Below the pieces are notes generated by a model that worked only from the letters and a program-made list of their open reading frames with translations, ran no database searches and was not told the DNA's origin. Below, piece by piece: positions 54,375 to 55,764 of a stretch of 55,764 bases of DNA. Made by a program: the position numbers and the translations under genes. The stretch comes from Octopus sinensis (taxonomy: Eukaryota): positions 1 through 55,764 of the forward strand of contig NW_021833694.1 in the NCBI RefSeq assembly GCF_006345805.1. Direction: 5' to 3'. Position 1 is the first letter of the stretch. Every line of letters starts with the position of its first letter.

Positions 54375-54495
54375 TACATACTTATATAAATGGTAAAAAA
54401 AATAACGCTCTCTTTCCTCAGTCAAGTCCCACAAGTCACGACCATCTCGGGCAGTAACACTTGGAAGGTTCGATCTGGTTGCCCCCCACTAAAAG

Positions 54496-54529
<34 letters not shown>

Positions 54530-54533
54530 GTAT

Positions 54534-54565
<32 letters not shown>

Positions 54566-54647
54566 CATCTTTTATCCTTACATTTCCACGTGTATTTTAT
54601 ATTTTCTTTCTTTAACATATTTCTACTATGCTTATATATATATACAT

Positions 54648-54740
<93 letters not shown>

Positions 54741-55016
54741 AACATATAAGTGAGTTGTGTATGTGCGTGTATTCATTCAAACAATTACTAAAATATATAG
54801 CTGCACCAAGTGGGAAATTCCGTTCGTACAATTGTTCCGAGTATAAATTATTTGATAAACACACCACTTGACAAACAGTAGAAAAGTAGACATTTAATAT
54901 AAAATTTAATACAGAATAAGCAGGATAAGAAGAAAAAGGCGTAGTAGAGAGTCGCTGAGGAGATCACAGTATGTGAGACGAAAGAATTTATACTAATAGT
55001 AATAATAATAATAATG

Positions 55017-55061
<45 letters not shown>

Positions 55062-55302
55062 TAATAATAATAACAATAATAATAGTCGTTCCTACTATAA
55101 GCACAAAGCCTGACATATTCTTGGATGGGGGGAGTTAGTCGATTACATAGCCCCTAGTACTCAACTGGTATTTAATTTATAGACCTCGAAATGTTGAAAT
55201 GTGAAGTTGACCTCGGGGGATTTGAACTCAGAAACTAATGATGGATGAAATACTACCAAGCATTTTGCCCGAAATGCTAACGATTCTGCCAGCTAAACCT
55301 CA

Positions 55303-55344
<42 letters not shown>

Positions 55345-55764
55345 TATCCTGTCTACTGGAAGCACAAGGACGAGTCCATTACATCGATCCCAGTGTGTAA
55401 CTGGTACTTCATTTATCGTCTCCGAAAGGATGAAGGGCAAAGTCGATCTAAGCGGAATTTGTACTCAGAATGTAGTGAGAGACGAAATACTTATCTCTTT
55501 ACTACCCACAAGGGGCTAAACACAGAGAGGACAAACAAGGACAGACACGCTGATTAAGTCGATTATATCGCCTCCAGTGCGTAACTGGTACTTATTTAAT
55601 CGACTACAAAAGGATGAAAGGCAATATCGACCTCGGTGGAATTTGGACTCGGTGGAATTTGAACTCAGAACGTAACCGCAGACGAAATACTTCTAAACGT
55701 TTCGCCCGGCGTACCGAATACAACAACAACAACAATAAAGTGAATATCAAATATATATTGCGCG

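Overview
Eukaryotic, AT-rich, microsatellite-saturated DNA ((TA)n, (CA)n, (GA)n, (TAA)n) with dense tRNA-derived SINEs; the repeat landscape looks like an octopus/cephalopod genome (inference from remembered repeat motifs, not a database hit). No host protein-coding gene can be supported: nearly all ORF-track entries are microsatellite read-throughs. The whole window is a tandem array of about 4.5-5 copies of a 10.7-15.3 kb macro-unit built from SINE and LINE fossils plus unexplained spacer blocks. The unit is itself made of two diverged paralogous sub-modules. Three insertions are private to single copies: (1) a young 5'-truncated R4/Dong-type LINE in a (TAA)n tract (17431-19140); (2) a complete hAT/Tip100-like DNA transposon with 11-bp TIRs and an 8-bp TSD (48611-52392); (3) a ~295-bp near-perfect palindrome in a (TA)n tract whose right arm carries an intact minimal type I hammerhead ribozyme with an unusually long stem II (46716-46800), probably a Penelope-like retroelement terminal repeat. 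Shared deletions are incongruent between units, which points to unequal crossover or gene conversion.
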